Part shown: positions 1 through 8,142 of the stretch, one piece after another | Layout of the letters: every line of letters starts with the position of its first letter | Position numbering within the stretch: the first letter of the stretch is position 1 | Assembly (NCBI GenBank): GCA_964647015.1 | Contig: CAZYGM010000001.1 | Coordinates: forward strand, 1-56,204 | DNA: 56,204 nucleotides | Direction of reading: 5' to 3' | Source of the DNA: an uncultured Planctomycetales bacterium | Lineage (GTDB): Bacteria; Planctomycetota; Phycisphaerae; UBA1845; Fen-1342 | Program-made: the position numbers and the translations under genes | The notes under the pieces: model-generated | What the model was told of the DNA's origin: nothing | The model's input: the letters and a program-made list of their open reading frames with translations, nothing else | The model's database searches: none

Positions 1-158
1 GCCCGCAGGGCATACTCAGTAGTCTGACTAATCACCGCTGCATCTCCATGCGGCCGGGACCCGCTGGGGTCAACATACTGGAAACCGCCGAGGCGTCAAG
101 CAGACGCGGCCGTGTGCCGGGCGGTCGGCGCGGTGGGCGAGGATACCGTGCGGTATCG

Positions 159-836
159 TCAGGAATCATCGTGCGGGCAGTCCGGCGATTCGGCGGCAGC
201 GGGCGACTGGGCCAATGAGATCTCTTCGCCGCGCAGCAGGCGGCGAATGTTGCCGCGATGCCGCACGATGATCAGCACCCCCAGGAGCATGGCGCCGGCT
301 TGCAGCGGCCAGGCGTCACCCAACGACACGCCGCAAACGCGCAAGTAGGCCAGCAGGGCCAGGGGGAATACTATGGCGATGGTCAATGAGCCGAGCGAGA
401 TGAGGCCGGTTGTGAAGCGCACCAGGCCGTAGGCCACGAGCGCGATGAGCATGGCCACGGTGTAGTAGGGGTAGATGGCCACGGCCACGCCGACCGTCGT
501 GGCCACGCCCTTGCCGCCGCGGAAGCCGAGGTATACGGGGAAGACGTGGCCGAGCACGGCCGCGAGCCCGACCAGTAGCCAGCTCAACAGCCGTTCGGCC
601 GCCAGGTCACCGGGCAGAACCAGGCCGGCGGCGGCGACGGGCAACGCGCCTTTGAGGATATCGAGCGCGAGGCACAGGAGGCCCCACTTGCGGCCGAGCA
701 CGCGGCCGACGTTGGTTGCTCCGATGTTGCGGCTGCCGTGCAGGCGAATGTCGACGCCGCGCAGCCGGCCGAGGAGCAGCCCGAATGGGATCGCGCCGAT
801 GAGGTAGGCGGCCAGGACCAAGGAAGCAAGGATCAT
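159..836 (-). CDS. plsY: Glycerol-3-phosphate acyltransferase PlsY
   Basis: 225-aa polytopic membrane ORF. HGSRNIGATN and FRGGKGVAT match the PlsY signatures GSGN.GATN and FKGGKGVAT. Confidence 0.9.
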   Translation of the reverse strand: MILASLVLAAYLIGAIPFGLLLGRLRGVDIRLHGSRNIGATNVGRVLGRKWGLLCLALDILKGALPVAAAGLVLPGDLAAERLLSWLLVGLAAVLGHVFPVYLGFRGGKGVATTVGVAVAIYPYYTVAMLIALVAYGLVRFTTGLISLGSLTIAIVFPLALLAYLRVCGVSLGDAWPLQAGAMLLGVLIIVRHRGNIRRLLRGEEISLAQSPAAAESPDCPHDDS

Positions 837-907
837 CTGAGCAGCCGTAAAGGGACCTCGTTGGGGGCCGGCCTGGTTAGAGTTCCGGCGCCGTGGGAGT
901 CATGGGT

Positions 908-1126
908 TCAGGAATCGCGCGGCCGTTCGTGCGGTGCGGCGCGGTGGAGGCGCAGCCAGCCGGGCCGCAGGCGGTCGCGCAGCCAATCGGTCATGCGCAG
1001 GCCGAGGCCGCGGGTCTGCCGGCGGTACAGGTGGCGTGCGACGTCCGTGGGGCGGACGACGGCGCGGCGCCGGGCGGCCAGCCACGTCACGAATGTCCAG
1101 GCCCAGTCTGACCGGCGGGTCGGCAT
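908..1126 (-). CDS. Small Arg/Trp-rich hypothetical protein (72 aa)
   Basis: This is the C-terminal part of track ORF 908..1666. Its ATG lies 2 nt after the TGA of the upstream 202-aa gene (TGAccATG), and a GGGAG sits 8 nt upstream. No family recognised, and the composition could also be a spurious high-GC ORF. Confidence 0.3.
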   Translation of the reverse strand: MPTRRSDWAWTFVTWLAARRRAVVRPTDVARHLYRRQTRGLGLRMTDWLRDRLRPGWLRLHRAAPHERPRDS

Positions 1127-1128
1127 GG

Positions 1129-1737
1129 TCAGGCTCCCAGAGCGCGCTGGACCGGCAGTTTGACTGCGGCGAAGACCTCGTCCGCCGAACGGGCCGGGAT
1201 CTGCGCTGTTCCCCATAGCTGTTGCCGAGCCATGATCACGTGCGGCGCGGCGTAGAAGTTGGTCACGTGGCTGATGCCGCCCTCGGCCAGATCGCCGCCG
1301 GCGTAGTCCAGCGCGAGGAGCCAGGAGCCGACGTCCTCGTCGTATTCGGCGGGGAAGATCAAGGCGGTGACGAACGGGCCGGTCGCGGTGGCGCCGGTTT
1401 CGGCGAGTTGCAGGACCGCTCGGCAGGGTGGTGGGGTTTGCTCGGCGAGGCTGGCCAATTCCTTGAAGTCGCGGTGGGCCGCCGCCGACTCGCTGCGGTA
1501 GAAGAACAGGCCGCTTTCGAGCTGGAAGCGTTCGGGGGCAACGGCCTGCAGCTCCATGTTTCCGGCGGGATCGGCGCGGTGAATGCGGTAGACCTTGCCG
1601 TGGCGGTAGGTCTCCGACTCGAGGAGCATGGCGATCTCCTCGGAGGTGTAGCCGACCGCGGCCCATTCGCCGAAGTCAAAGACATATAGTCCCCGGTAGC
1701 GTGGGGCGTGTTCGAGTATTGGGAGCCTCATGGTCAC
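1129..1737 (-). CDS. Hypothetical protein (202 aa)
   Basis: Protein-like composition (MTMRLPILEHAPRYRGLYVFDFGEWAAVGYTSEEIAMLLE...). Same strand as plsY. No motif I can name. Confidence 0.55.
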   Translation of the reverse strand: MTMRLPILEHAPRYRGLYVFDFGEWAAVGYTSEEIAMLLESETYRHGKVYRIHRADPAGNMELQAVAPERFQLESGLFFYRSESAAAHRDFKELASLAEQTPPPCRAVLQLAETGATATGPFVTALIFPAEYDEDVGSWLLALDYAGGDLAEGGISHVTNFYAAPHVIMARQQLWGTAQIPARSADEVFAAVKLPVQRALGA

Positions 1738-1923
1738 TAGCTCCTAGCGTAGCGGCCGAGCGGGCGGCGTGCGGCGGGAACCGTCGGTGGGCCGCCCACC
1801 TTGGCGGACGAAAGGCTTCAAGGCGTTTCGCCGTTTAACGTCGGCCGGCCGCCCCGGCGGACGTGCCGACGGGTTTTCATTATACGATAGTAGTTTAGCG
1901 GCGTCAGTGGTTGGTTGGGCGGG

Positions 1924-1974
1924 AAAAAGGGGCGGGCGAGCCGAGCGTGGGCGTGGGCGGGACTCGGCTCGCCC
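1924..1974 (-). terminator. Putative intrinsic terminator downstream of the nrdR/ATP-cone pair
   Basis: Perfect 12-bp inverted repeat GGGCGAGCCGAG (1934-1945) / CTCGGCTCGCCC (1963-1974). On the minus strand a TTTTT run (1928-1924) follows after 5 nt. Confidence 0.4.
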
Positions 1975-2181
1975 TTCATCAGGGGAACGGAGGCTTGTGG
2001 GAGCCAGGAAAGCGGGCTCGCGACGGCAACACCAGGACTACCAACGGGGTGAACACCGATGCTGCACGTCATCCGTGAGCACGTCACGAGCTCCGGTCCA
2101 TCATGGTCGCGTCAAGGAACCGAACGTCGCTTTCCGGGCCGTGGCGCTGGTGGATCGCGACGGTCGGGCCTGACGCCTGAG

Positions 2182-2781
2182 TCAATCCTCCTGCGGGGGG
2201 CGGCGGCTGGCGAGTGACTGGGGTACCGCGGGTCGCGGCACGGCAGGCACGTGATCCAGCAACAGGCCCCAGGCCATAACTTCGTTGCGCAGCAGCTCGG
2301 CCACAAACGGCTTGGACAACAGCCGGTAGCCGAGGGCGAAAACTCGTTCTTCAACGGAAGCAGCCAGGAAGCGGGCCACCGCCTGGCGCAAGTCGTAGAC
2401 GCTTTGCAGCGTGGCGACGAGCGCGCCCTTGCGCCAGCGCACTGGTGGCCGTCCTGATTCGAGCGGGTCATACACCCGCACCTGTCGCCGCCGCGCCCAC
2501 CGCAGATGCCGATGGGCGATCAGGGCGTGTGCGGCGGCGTCCAAGCCAGTTTGACACAGCGCCGCCCGGGCGCAATTAAAGATGTAGTCAGCCGTGGGGG
2601 GGTCGTCGCCGGCAGTCTCACGCAGGTGCAACGCGACGGCCTGCGCCAAGGGGGCGGCCAGGCGCGGATCAGCGCCGGAGCCGGCCAGCGTCCGGGCCAG
2701 GCAACTGCGCAGTTTCTCCAGCGAGAAGCGTTCCAGCGTGCCGTCGCGTTTCGTGATGACGATCGACCTGTCCCGGCTCAT
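2182..2781 (-). CDS. Stand-alone ATP-cone domain protein
   Basis: The N-terminus IVITKRDGTLERFSLEKLRSCL fits the ATP-cone pattern (KRDG...F...KI). About 100 aa of unknown C-terminal region follow. The start overlaps the nrdR stop by 4 nt (ATGA). Confidence 0.7.
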   Translation of the reverse strand: MSRDRSIVITKRDGTLERFSLEKLRSCLARTLAGSGADPRLAAPLAQAVALHLRETAGDDPPTADYIFNCARAALCQTGLDAAAHALIAHRHLRWARRRQVRVYDPLESGRPPVRWRKGALVATLQSVYDLRQAVARFLAASVEERVFALGYRLLSKPFVAELLRNEVMAWGLLLDHVPAVPRPAVPQSLASRRPPQED

Positions 2782-3287
2782 GATTCCCGTGGTCCCTCGA
2801 AGAGGTCACCCTGTCCGGGGATGTCCTTGGCGGAGCGTTCGATCACGTCACGGGCCTCCTCGATGAACTCGCCGACATCCTCGAACTGTCGATACACACT
2901 GGCGAATCGCACGTACGCCACTTTGTCCACTCGCCGCAGCACCGCCGCAATTCGCTCGCCAATGGTCTGACTGGTGACCTCCTTCTCGAAGTGGCTGACC
3001 AGGTACTCTTCGACCTCGTCGACGATCTGCTCGATCCGTTCGGACGAAATGGGTCGCTTGTATGCGGCCCGCACGATGCCCTCCGTGATCTTCCCGCGAT
3101 CGTAGGGCACGCGCGAGTTGTCGCGCTTGATGACGGCCAGTCGGATGGTGTCCTCGATGTGCTCATAAGTCGTGAAACGTCGGCCACATGCCAAGCAACA
3201 ACGCCGCCGCCTGATCGACCGGCCGGCATCGGTCAAGCGCGAATCCACCACCTTGTCATCGTTGGCCTTACAGTACGGGCACCGCAT
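2778..3287 (-). CDS. nrdR: Transcriptional repressor NrdR
   Basis: MRCPYCKANDDKVVDSRL...RRRRCCLACGRRFTTYE zinc ribbon followed by an ATP-cone (VIKRDNSRVPYDRGKI). Canonical NrdR architecture. Confidence 0.95.
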   Translation of the reverse strand: MRCPYCKANDDKVVDSRLTDAGRSIRRRRCCLACGRRFTTYEHIEDTIRLAVIKRDNSRVPYDRGKITEGIVRAAYKRPISSERIEQIVDEVEEYLVSHFEKEVTSQTIGERIAAVLRRVDKVAYVRFASVYRQFEDVGEFIEEARDVIERSAKDIPGQGDLFEGPRES

Positions 3288-3511
3288 TTGGCTGGGCCCA
3301 AGATCGGTTCATCAGGCAGCACCGGCCGAACATGCCTCACGCCGCCGCGCCGAGGTGCTGGGACTTGTCCGCGCCCGAAAGCCCCATGCGGCCAGGCAGC
3401 AACCTACTACCGGTCGTCGATGGCGAGAGTGTAACGCACAACATAATGTGTGTCAACCAAAATTCGCGGAAACGCAAGACAATCTTCGACCGAGCTTGTA
3501 TAACGCCCGCC

Positions 3512-4402
3512 ATGGCACCAGCAGCAGCCGAGATTGAACACGGGGGGGTACGCATTCGCGGGTTCTCGCTGGCGGGCGAGGAAACATACTTCGTGCTGCC
3601 GGAACTCAACCTCGGCTTTGACGTGGGGCGCTGCCAGCGTGAAGTTCTCGCGGTTGACAACGTTTTCCTGAGCCACGGCCACATGGATCATGCCGCGGGC
3701 GTCGCCTATTACTTCTCGCAGCGACTCTTCATTGACAACCAGCCCGGGAACCTGTTCGCTCCAGAAGCCCTGGTGGAGCCGATCCGCAGGTTGCTGAAGG
3801 TCTGGGGCGATATCGACGGGCAGGAGCCGCCGGCGAACATTCATCCAGCCTACCCCGGCCAGGATATCACACTACGGCGCGACTTGATTGTCCGGCCCTT
3901 CGAGGTCAACCACCCGTGCCGGCGACGCATCGCGCCCATCGAAAGCCTGGGATTCGCCGCCATCGAGGTGCGGCACAAGCTGCTCGATGAGTATCAGCAA
4001 CTCACCGGTCCGCAACTGGTCGAGCTTAAGAAGCAGGGCGTCGCGATCACCCGGCGGCTGGAAATCCCCCTGGTGGCCTACTGCGGCGACACGGCGCCCG
4101 GCGCCTTCCTGGAGCTGGACTACGTACGCGACAGCAGAATCCTCCTGTTGGAATGCACCTTCGTGGAGCGTGATCACCGCGAGCGGGCGCGGGCCGGCTT
4201 CCACATGCACGTGAGTGATTTGCCGGCGATTGTGGCGCGGCTACGAAACGAGAAGATCGTGCTGTACCACCTGTCCCGCCGCACGGCGCTGAGTGACGCG
4301 CGCAAGATGCTCCAACGTGAGTTTGGCGGGAAAGTGGACGAGCGCGTGTGCTTCCTGATGGAGCATCGCCGGCGCAAGCGGCGTGAAGCGCCGCCGGCCT
4401 GA
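3512..4402 (+). CDS. MBL-fold metallo-hydrolase (RNase Z/ElaC-like)
   Basis: HGHMDH (HxHxDH) metal motif. I prefer the ATG at 3512 (MAPAAAEIEHGG...) over the track start at 3332, whose first 60 aa are Arg/Pro-rich and not protein-like. Confidence 0.7.
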   Translation: MAPAAAEIEHGGVRIRGFSLAGEETYFVLPELNLGFDVGRCQREVLAVDNVFLSHGHMDHAAGVAYYFSQRLFIDNQPGNLFAPEALVEPIRRLLKVWGDIDGQEPPANIHPAYPGQDITLRRDLIVRPFEVNHPCRRRIAPIESLGFAAIEVRHKLLDEYQQLTGPQLVELKKQGVAITRRLEIPLVAYCGDTAPGAFLELDYVRDSRILLLECTFVERDHRERARAGFHMHVSDLPAIVARLRNEKIVLYHLSRRTALSDARKMLQREFGGKVDERVCFLMEHRRRKRREAPPA

Positions 4403-4500
4403 CGGCGAGGACTCTGGGGGGCCTGTGGTCGTGCGAAGAGCAGGGGGCGCCCGCGGGCCCTGCCCGGCGAATTCCGTCCGAACCGGGCCGCCTCAAACGC

Positions 4501-5733
4501 TCAGCTCACGGCGGTATCGACGGCTTTGCGCTGGCCGCGGCTACCGAGGGCGGCGGCTTCCAGGGCCTGCTCCAGGTCGGCAATCAGGTCGTCGGGGTCT
4601 TCAATGCCCACGGACAGCCTGACGAGGCCGTCCGTGATATGGGCCTGTTCGCGGATTTCGGCGCCCATTGAGGCGTGTGTCATGCTGGCCGGGTGCTGAA
4701 TAAGGGACTCGACGCCGCCCAGACTTACGGCGAGCATCCACAGCTTGACGGCGTTCATCATGCTGCGGCCGGCCTCCAGCCCGCCGCGCAGGCCGAAGGA
4801 GATGACCGCGCCGCCGCCGGACGACTGGCGGCAGCCGAGTTCGTATTGAGGGTGATCCTTGAGTCCGGGGTAGCGCACCCACTCAACCCCTGGGTGAGCT
4901 GAGAGGTAGGCGGCGATCTTCTGGGCGACCTCGCAGTGCCGGCGCATGCGCAGGGCGAGTGTCTTGATTCCGCGGTGTACCAGGAAGGACTCGATGGGTG
5001 AGAGTACGCCGCCGAAGTGATTCAGGGCCCGGCGCATCTGGGGGTAGAACTGCTCGTCCTTGAGGACGATGATGCCGCCGACGACGTCGGCATGGCCGTT
5101 GAGGAACTTGGTGAGGCTGTGAATGACGATGTCGGCGCCGAATTCGAAGGGGCGCTGCAGGATCGGGCTCATGAAGGTGTTGTCGACGACGAGCAGGGCA
5201 CCGTGCTCGTGCGCCAGGGCGGCGACGGCCGACAGGTCGGTGATGACGAGGGTGGGGTTGCAGGGTGTCTCGACGTAGACCACCTTGGTATTGGGTCGCA
5301 TGGCGCGCCGGACGGCCTCGGTGTCGGAAGTGTCAACCAGGCTGGACTCGATGCCGAAGTCGGCCATGATGCTGCGGACCAGGGTGGCGGTGGGGCCGTA
5401 GACGGCTTCGGAGCAGACGATGTGGTCGCCGTGTTTGACGAGGGCTGCGAGGGTGGTATGGATGGCCGCCATTCCGCTGCCGCAGGCTAGCGCGACGTGG
5501 CCGCCTTCCAGGGTGGCGACGGCGCGTTCGAGGGCCTCGACCGTCGGGTTGCCCATGCGGGAGTAGATGTAACCCTTGCGTTCGCCGGCGAAGAGCGCGG
5601 CGCCTTGCTGGGCGCTGTCGAATCCGAAGGTGGATACCTGGTAGATGGGCGGCACGGCCGCGCGAAATTCGTTTTTTCCCACTCCCGCATGCACTGCGAG
5701 CGTTTCGACCGCGTAGTCTTGTCCGTGAGTCAT
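4501..5733 (-). CDS. megL: Methionine gamma-lyase (Cys/Met-metabolism PLP enzyme family)
   Basis: YSRMGNPT, the PLP-lysine context SLTKFLNGHADVVGG, and the C-terminal AVSLGGVESLIQHPASMTHA...GLVRLSVGIEDPDDLIADL are close to the MGL/CGS family. Within the family it looks closest to MGL. Confidence 0.8.
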   Translation of the reverse strand: MTHGQDYAVETLAVHAGVGKNEFRAAVPPIYQVSTFGFDSAQQGAALFAGERKGYIYSRMGNPTVEALERAVATLEGGHVALACGSGMAAIHTTLAALVKHGDHIVCSEAVYGPTATLVRSIMADFGIESSLVDTSDTEAVRRAMRPNTKVVYVETPCNPTLVITDLSAVAALAHEHGALLVVDNTFMSPILQRPFEFGADIVIHSLTKFLNGHADVVGGIIVLKDEQFYPQMRRALNHFGGVLSPIESFLVHRGIKTLALRMRRHCEVAQKIAAYLSAHPGVEWVRYPGLKDHPQYELGCRQSSGGGAVISFGLRGGLEAGRSMMNAVKLWMLAVSLGGVESLIQHPASMTHASMGAEIREQAHITDGLVRLSVGIEDPDDLIADLEQALEAAALGSRGQRKAVDTAVS

Positions 5734-6045
5734 TCCGTCAGCCCTCGCAACCTGGAAACAAATGCCCCGGTCCGTCGCCTGGTTGACGGGCCAACAGGCA
5801 CAAGCAACACGTCACATCCCGCCTAAGAGCACTGGCAAACGCTGTGCCAATTCTCCAGTTGCCAGTGTACTCCGGAGGGGAGTTTTGCTCAAGGCGCGGC
5901 GGGGTGCGTGAAGAGCCGGGGTGGGAGGGGGCGTTGACCGGGTGCGGGGTGTTCGTCCTAATACGGGCAGGCAGCCGAGTGGCGCGGCAGGTGGCCTGAG
6001 TGATGGGCGTCCCGTCGCCGGCTTGGCAGTTGAAGGGAGTCAGTC

Positions 6046-7218
6046 GTGGCCGCTGGAGAGTCGAGCCCCCGGACGCGTACGGCGCGGCGCGATCGCGCCG
6101 CGGCCGGCAAGCGCATCGTCGAGATGGCCAAGAGCATCATTGCGCTCGTGCAGGCGGAACAGGATCCTTACGTTGATATTCCCTCGCGCACGCTGAGCAA
6201 CGTGCAGTTCAACGAGCAGAAGGGCATCATCGAGTTGCTGGACGGCAAGCAGCGCCGCTGCTTCTTCAGTCTGCTGGGCCGCCGCAAGGGCGAGGGTTCG
6301 CAGGCCAGGAAGTTCATGCAGACGGTGCGGGTGGCCGAGGTCTGCAAGCGGCTGATCGACGCGAACGACTCGACCAGCATTCGTGACCTGTTCTACAACC
6401 TCAAGGTGCCCATCAAGGTGGCGGACGGCCAGAGCAAGTCAAAGGAGCTGATCTTCGCCGAGCAGGCCGAATCCGACCCGATCATCGAGGATATCGAGGT
6501 GGCGGTCAGTGCTTTGCGGGAAGAGCTGGGGGTGCACGCCGAGACCAAGGGCGCGATGGTCGGGCCGATGACGATCGTGGACGACGGCGACACGATCAAC
6601 CTGGCGAACATGGGCTCCGGCGGCTGGGCGGTGCCGTCGATCGTCGAGCCGAACGTGATCCAGTTCAAGAAGCACGCGGCCAAGTACATCCTGCTGATTG
6701 AGAAGGGCGCCGTCTGGCAGCGGTTCAACAAGGATCGCTACTGGGAGAAGAACAAGTGCCTGATCGTGCATGGCGGAGGGCAGCCGCCGCGCGGCGTGCG
6801 CCGGCTGGTGTACCGGCTGCATAATGAGCTTAAGCTGCCGGTGTATGTGTTGGTCGACAACGATCCGTGGGGCTACTACATCTACAGCGTGCTGAAGCAG
6901 GGCTCGATCAACCTGGCCTTCGAGAGCCAGCGGATGGCCATTCCGGCGGCCCGTTTCATCGGGATGAGCAGCCAGGACGCCGAGCGTTTCAACCTGCCGG
7001 ACCACGTGGCGATGCCGCTGACGCCGGAGGATCGGCGGCGGGCGAAGGAGATCCGCAACTACCCGTGGTTCCAGTCGCGGGCCTGGCAGCGGGAGATCAA
7101 GTACATGGAAGCGCTGGGCAAGAAGCTGGAGTTGGAAGCGCTTTCGAACAAGCACTTCAGCTTCATCACGGAGGAGTACCTGCCGAAGAAGCTGAAGGAT
7201 AAGCGCTGGTTGGAGTGA
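6046..7218 (+). CDS. top6A: DNA topoisomerase VI subunit A (Spo11/Top6A family), archaeal type
   Basis: N-terminus IPSRTLSNVQFNEQKG. Catalytic Tyr motif SIRDLFYN (Tyr codon 6394-6396). Toprim Glu in LLIEKGAVWQRF. Metal site VLVDNDPWGYYI. Start is either GTG 6046 (GGGAG upstream) or ATG 6124. Confidence 0.85.
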   Translation: MAAGESSPRTRTARRDRAAAGKRIVEMAKSIIALVQAEQDPYVDIPSRTLSNVQFNEQKGIIELLDGKQRRCFFSLLGRRKGEGSQARKFMQTVRVAEVCKRLIDANDSTSIRDLFYNLKVPIKVADGQSKSKELIFAEQAESDPIIEDIEVAVSALREELGVHAETKGAMVGPMTIVDDGDTINLANMGSGGWAVPSIVEPNVIQFKKHAAKYILLIEKGAVWQRFNKDRYWEKNKCLIVHGGGQPPRGVRRLVYRLHNELKLPVYVLVDNDPWGYYIYSVLKQGSINLAFESQRMAIPAARFIGMSSQDAERFNLPDHVAMPLTPEDRRRAKEIRNYPWFQSRAWQREIKYMEALGKKLELEALSNKHFSFITEEYLPKKLKDKRWLE

Positions 7219-7298
7219 GCCGGGGTTCGGAGGCTGAAGGGGGACGCTTCAGTAGCCCAGCACTTTCGCTGCCAGGGACTTCCGCCTATCATGCCGCT

Positions 7299-7392
7299 GG
7301 CGATGGGGTCCGCCGTGAACCGCCCCGGGTGGGGCTGATGACTCCTGCCTGAGATTCTTGAGGCCACGGGCCCGGAATGGGCAGGAGTAGCC
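7299..7392 (+). promoter_or_regulatory. Fluoride riboswitch (crcB RNA motif) with SD-sequestering expression platform
   Basis: GGCGATGGGGTCCGCCGTGAACCGCCCCGGGTGGGGCTGATGACTCC (7299-7345) fits the crcB motif. Elements: GGCG...CGCC pseudoknot, P1 GGGGTC/GACTCC, P3 GCCCC-GGGT-GGGGC, conserved CTGATGA. CTCCTGCC (7342-7349) is the exact complement of GGCAGGAG (7380-7387), which contains the crcB SD. Confidence 0.85.
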
Positions 7393-7776
7393 ATGTGGAA
7401 GCTGTTTCTGATCTTCTTCGCGTCTGGGGCGGGCGGTCTGTTGCGTTACTCCGTTAGCGGCTGGATGCAACGGCTGGCCAATGGTTCGTTTCCCATCGGG
7501 ACATTGATCGTCAATCTGAGCGGCTGCCTGCTGGTGGGTTTCGTGGCGGCGGCGCTGACCGGCCGGGTGCTTATGCGTGAGGAGTATCGCGTGGCGCTGC
7601 TGATCGGCCTGCTGGGCGGCTACACCACCTTCTCGACTTTCGGCCTCGAGACGTTCGCCTTGCTGAACGGTGGTCAGGCGTGGCGAGCGCTGCTTAATGT
7701 CGCTGCCAGCGTGGTGCTGGGGTTGGCGGGCGTGTGGGCCGGTTACCGGTTGGCCGAGAACTGGCTGGGAGTCTGA
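7393..7776 (+). CDS. crcB: Fluoride ion channel CrcB/FluC
   Basis: 127 aa with 4 TM segments. GAGGLLRY, GTLIVNLSGC and GGYTTFSTF motifs. Directly downstream of the fluoride riboswitch. Confidence 0.95.
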   Translation: MWKLFLIFFASGAGGLLRYSVSGWMQRLANGSFPIGTLIVNLSGCLLVGFVAAALTGRVLMREEYRVALLIGLLGGYTTFSTFGLETFALLNGGQAWRALLNVAASVVLGLAGVWAGYRLAENWLGV

Positions 7777-7780
7777 CACC

Positions 7781-8119
7781 ATGAAGATCCCCGAAGACGG
7801 TTACCTGCTGCGCATCTTCATCGGCGAGAGCGACAAGTGGCAAGGCCAGCCACTGTATGAGGCGATTGTCCGCAGGGCGCGGGAGCTGCACCTGGCCGGT
7901 GCGACGGTCTTGCGTGGGCCGATGGGCTTCGGGGCCCACAGCCGCATGCATACCACGAAGATTCTGCGGCTGTCGGCCGACCTGCCGATCGTAATCGAGA
8001 TCGTTGACAGCCAGGAGAAGCTGGACGAGTTGATGCCGTTTATCGACGAGGCGGTGCAGGAAGGGCTGGTGACGCTGGAGCGCGTGCGCGTGATCAAGTA
8101 CCGGGCCGGCTCCGCGTAG
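7781..8119 (+). CDS. DUF190 domain protein (fluoride-operon associated)
   Basis: MKIPEDGYLLRIFIGESDKWQGQPLYEAIV... is typical of DUF190. The ATG at 7781 is 5 nt after the crcB stop. The track ORF start at 7670 overlaps crcB out of frame. Confidence 0.8.
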   Translation: MKIPEDGYLLRIFIGESDKWQGQPLYEAIVRRARELHLAGATVLRGPMGFGAHSRMHTTKILRLSADLPIVIEIVDSQEKLDELMPFIDEAVQEGLVTLERVRVIKYRAGSA

Positions 8120-8142
8120 ATGCGACACCGGGGGGCGAGAGC

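Noticed and set aside
1769-2173. 134-aa plus-strand ORF in the spacer between the hypothetical gene and the ATP-cone gene
   Set aside because: It is Arg/Gly/Ser-rich, has no SD and spans the terminator-like hairpin. The region is better explained as intergenic.
3332-3511. N-terminal extensions of track ORFs (also 7670-7780, 11197-11298, 37307-37459, 34245-34319, 40598-40666)
   Set aside because: The extensions overlap neighbouring genes or encode Arg/Pro-rich, non-protein-like leaders. Internal ATGs give proper SD spacing, signal peptides or family-typical N-termini.
5734-5900. Possible SAM riboswitch in the leader of the methionine gamma-lyase gene (CTCTTA...GGCCCG...CAACC on the minus strand)
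   Set aside because: Only scattered matches to the SAM-I consensus. There is no closing P1 partner for CTCTTA, and the GAGGGA element is missing at the expected position.
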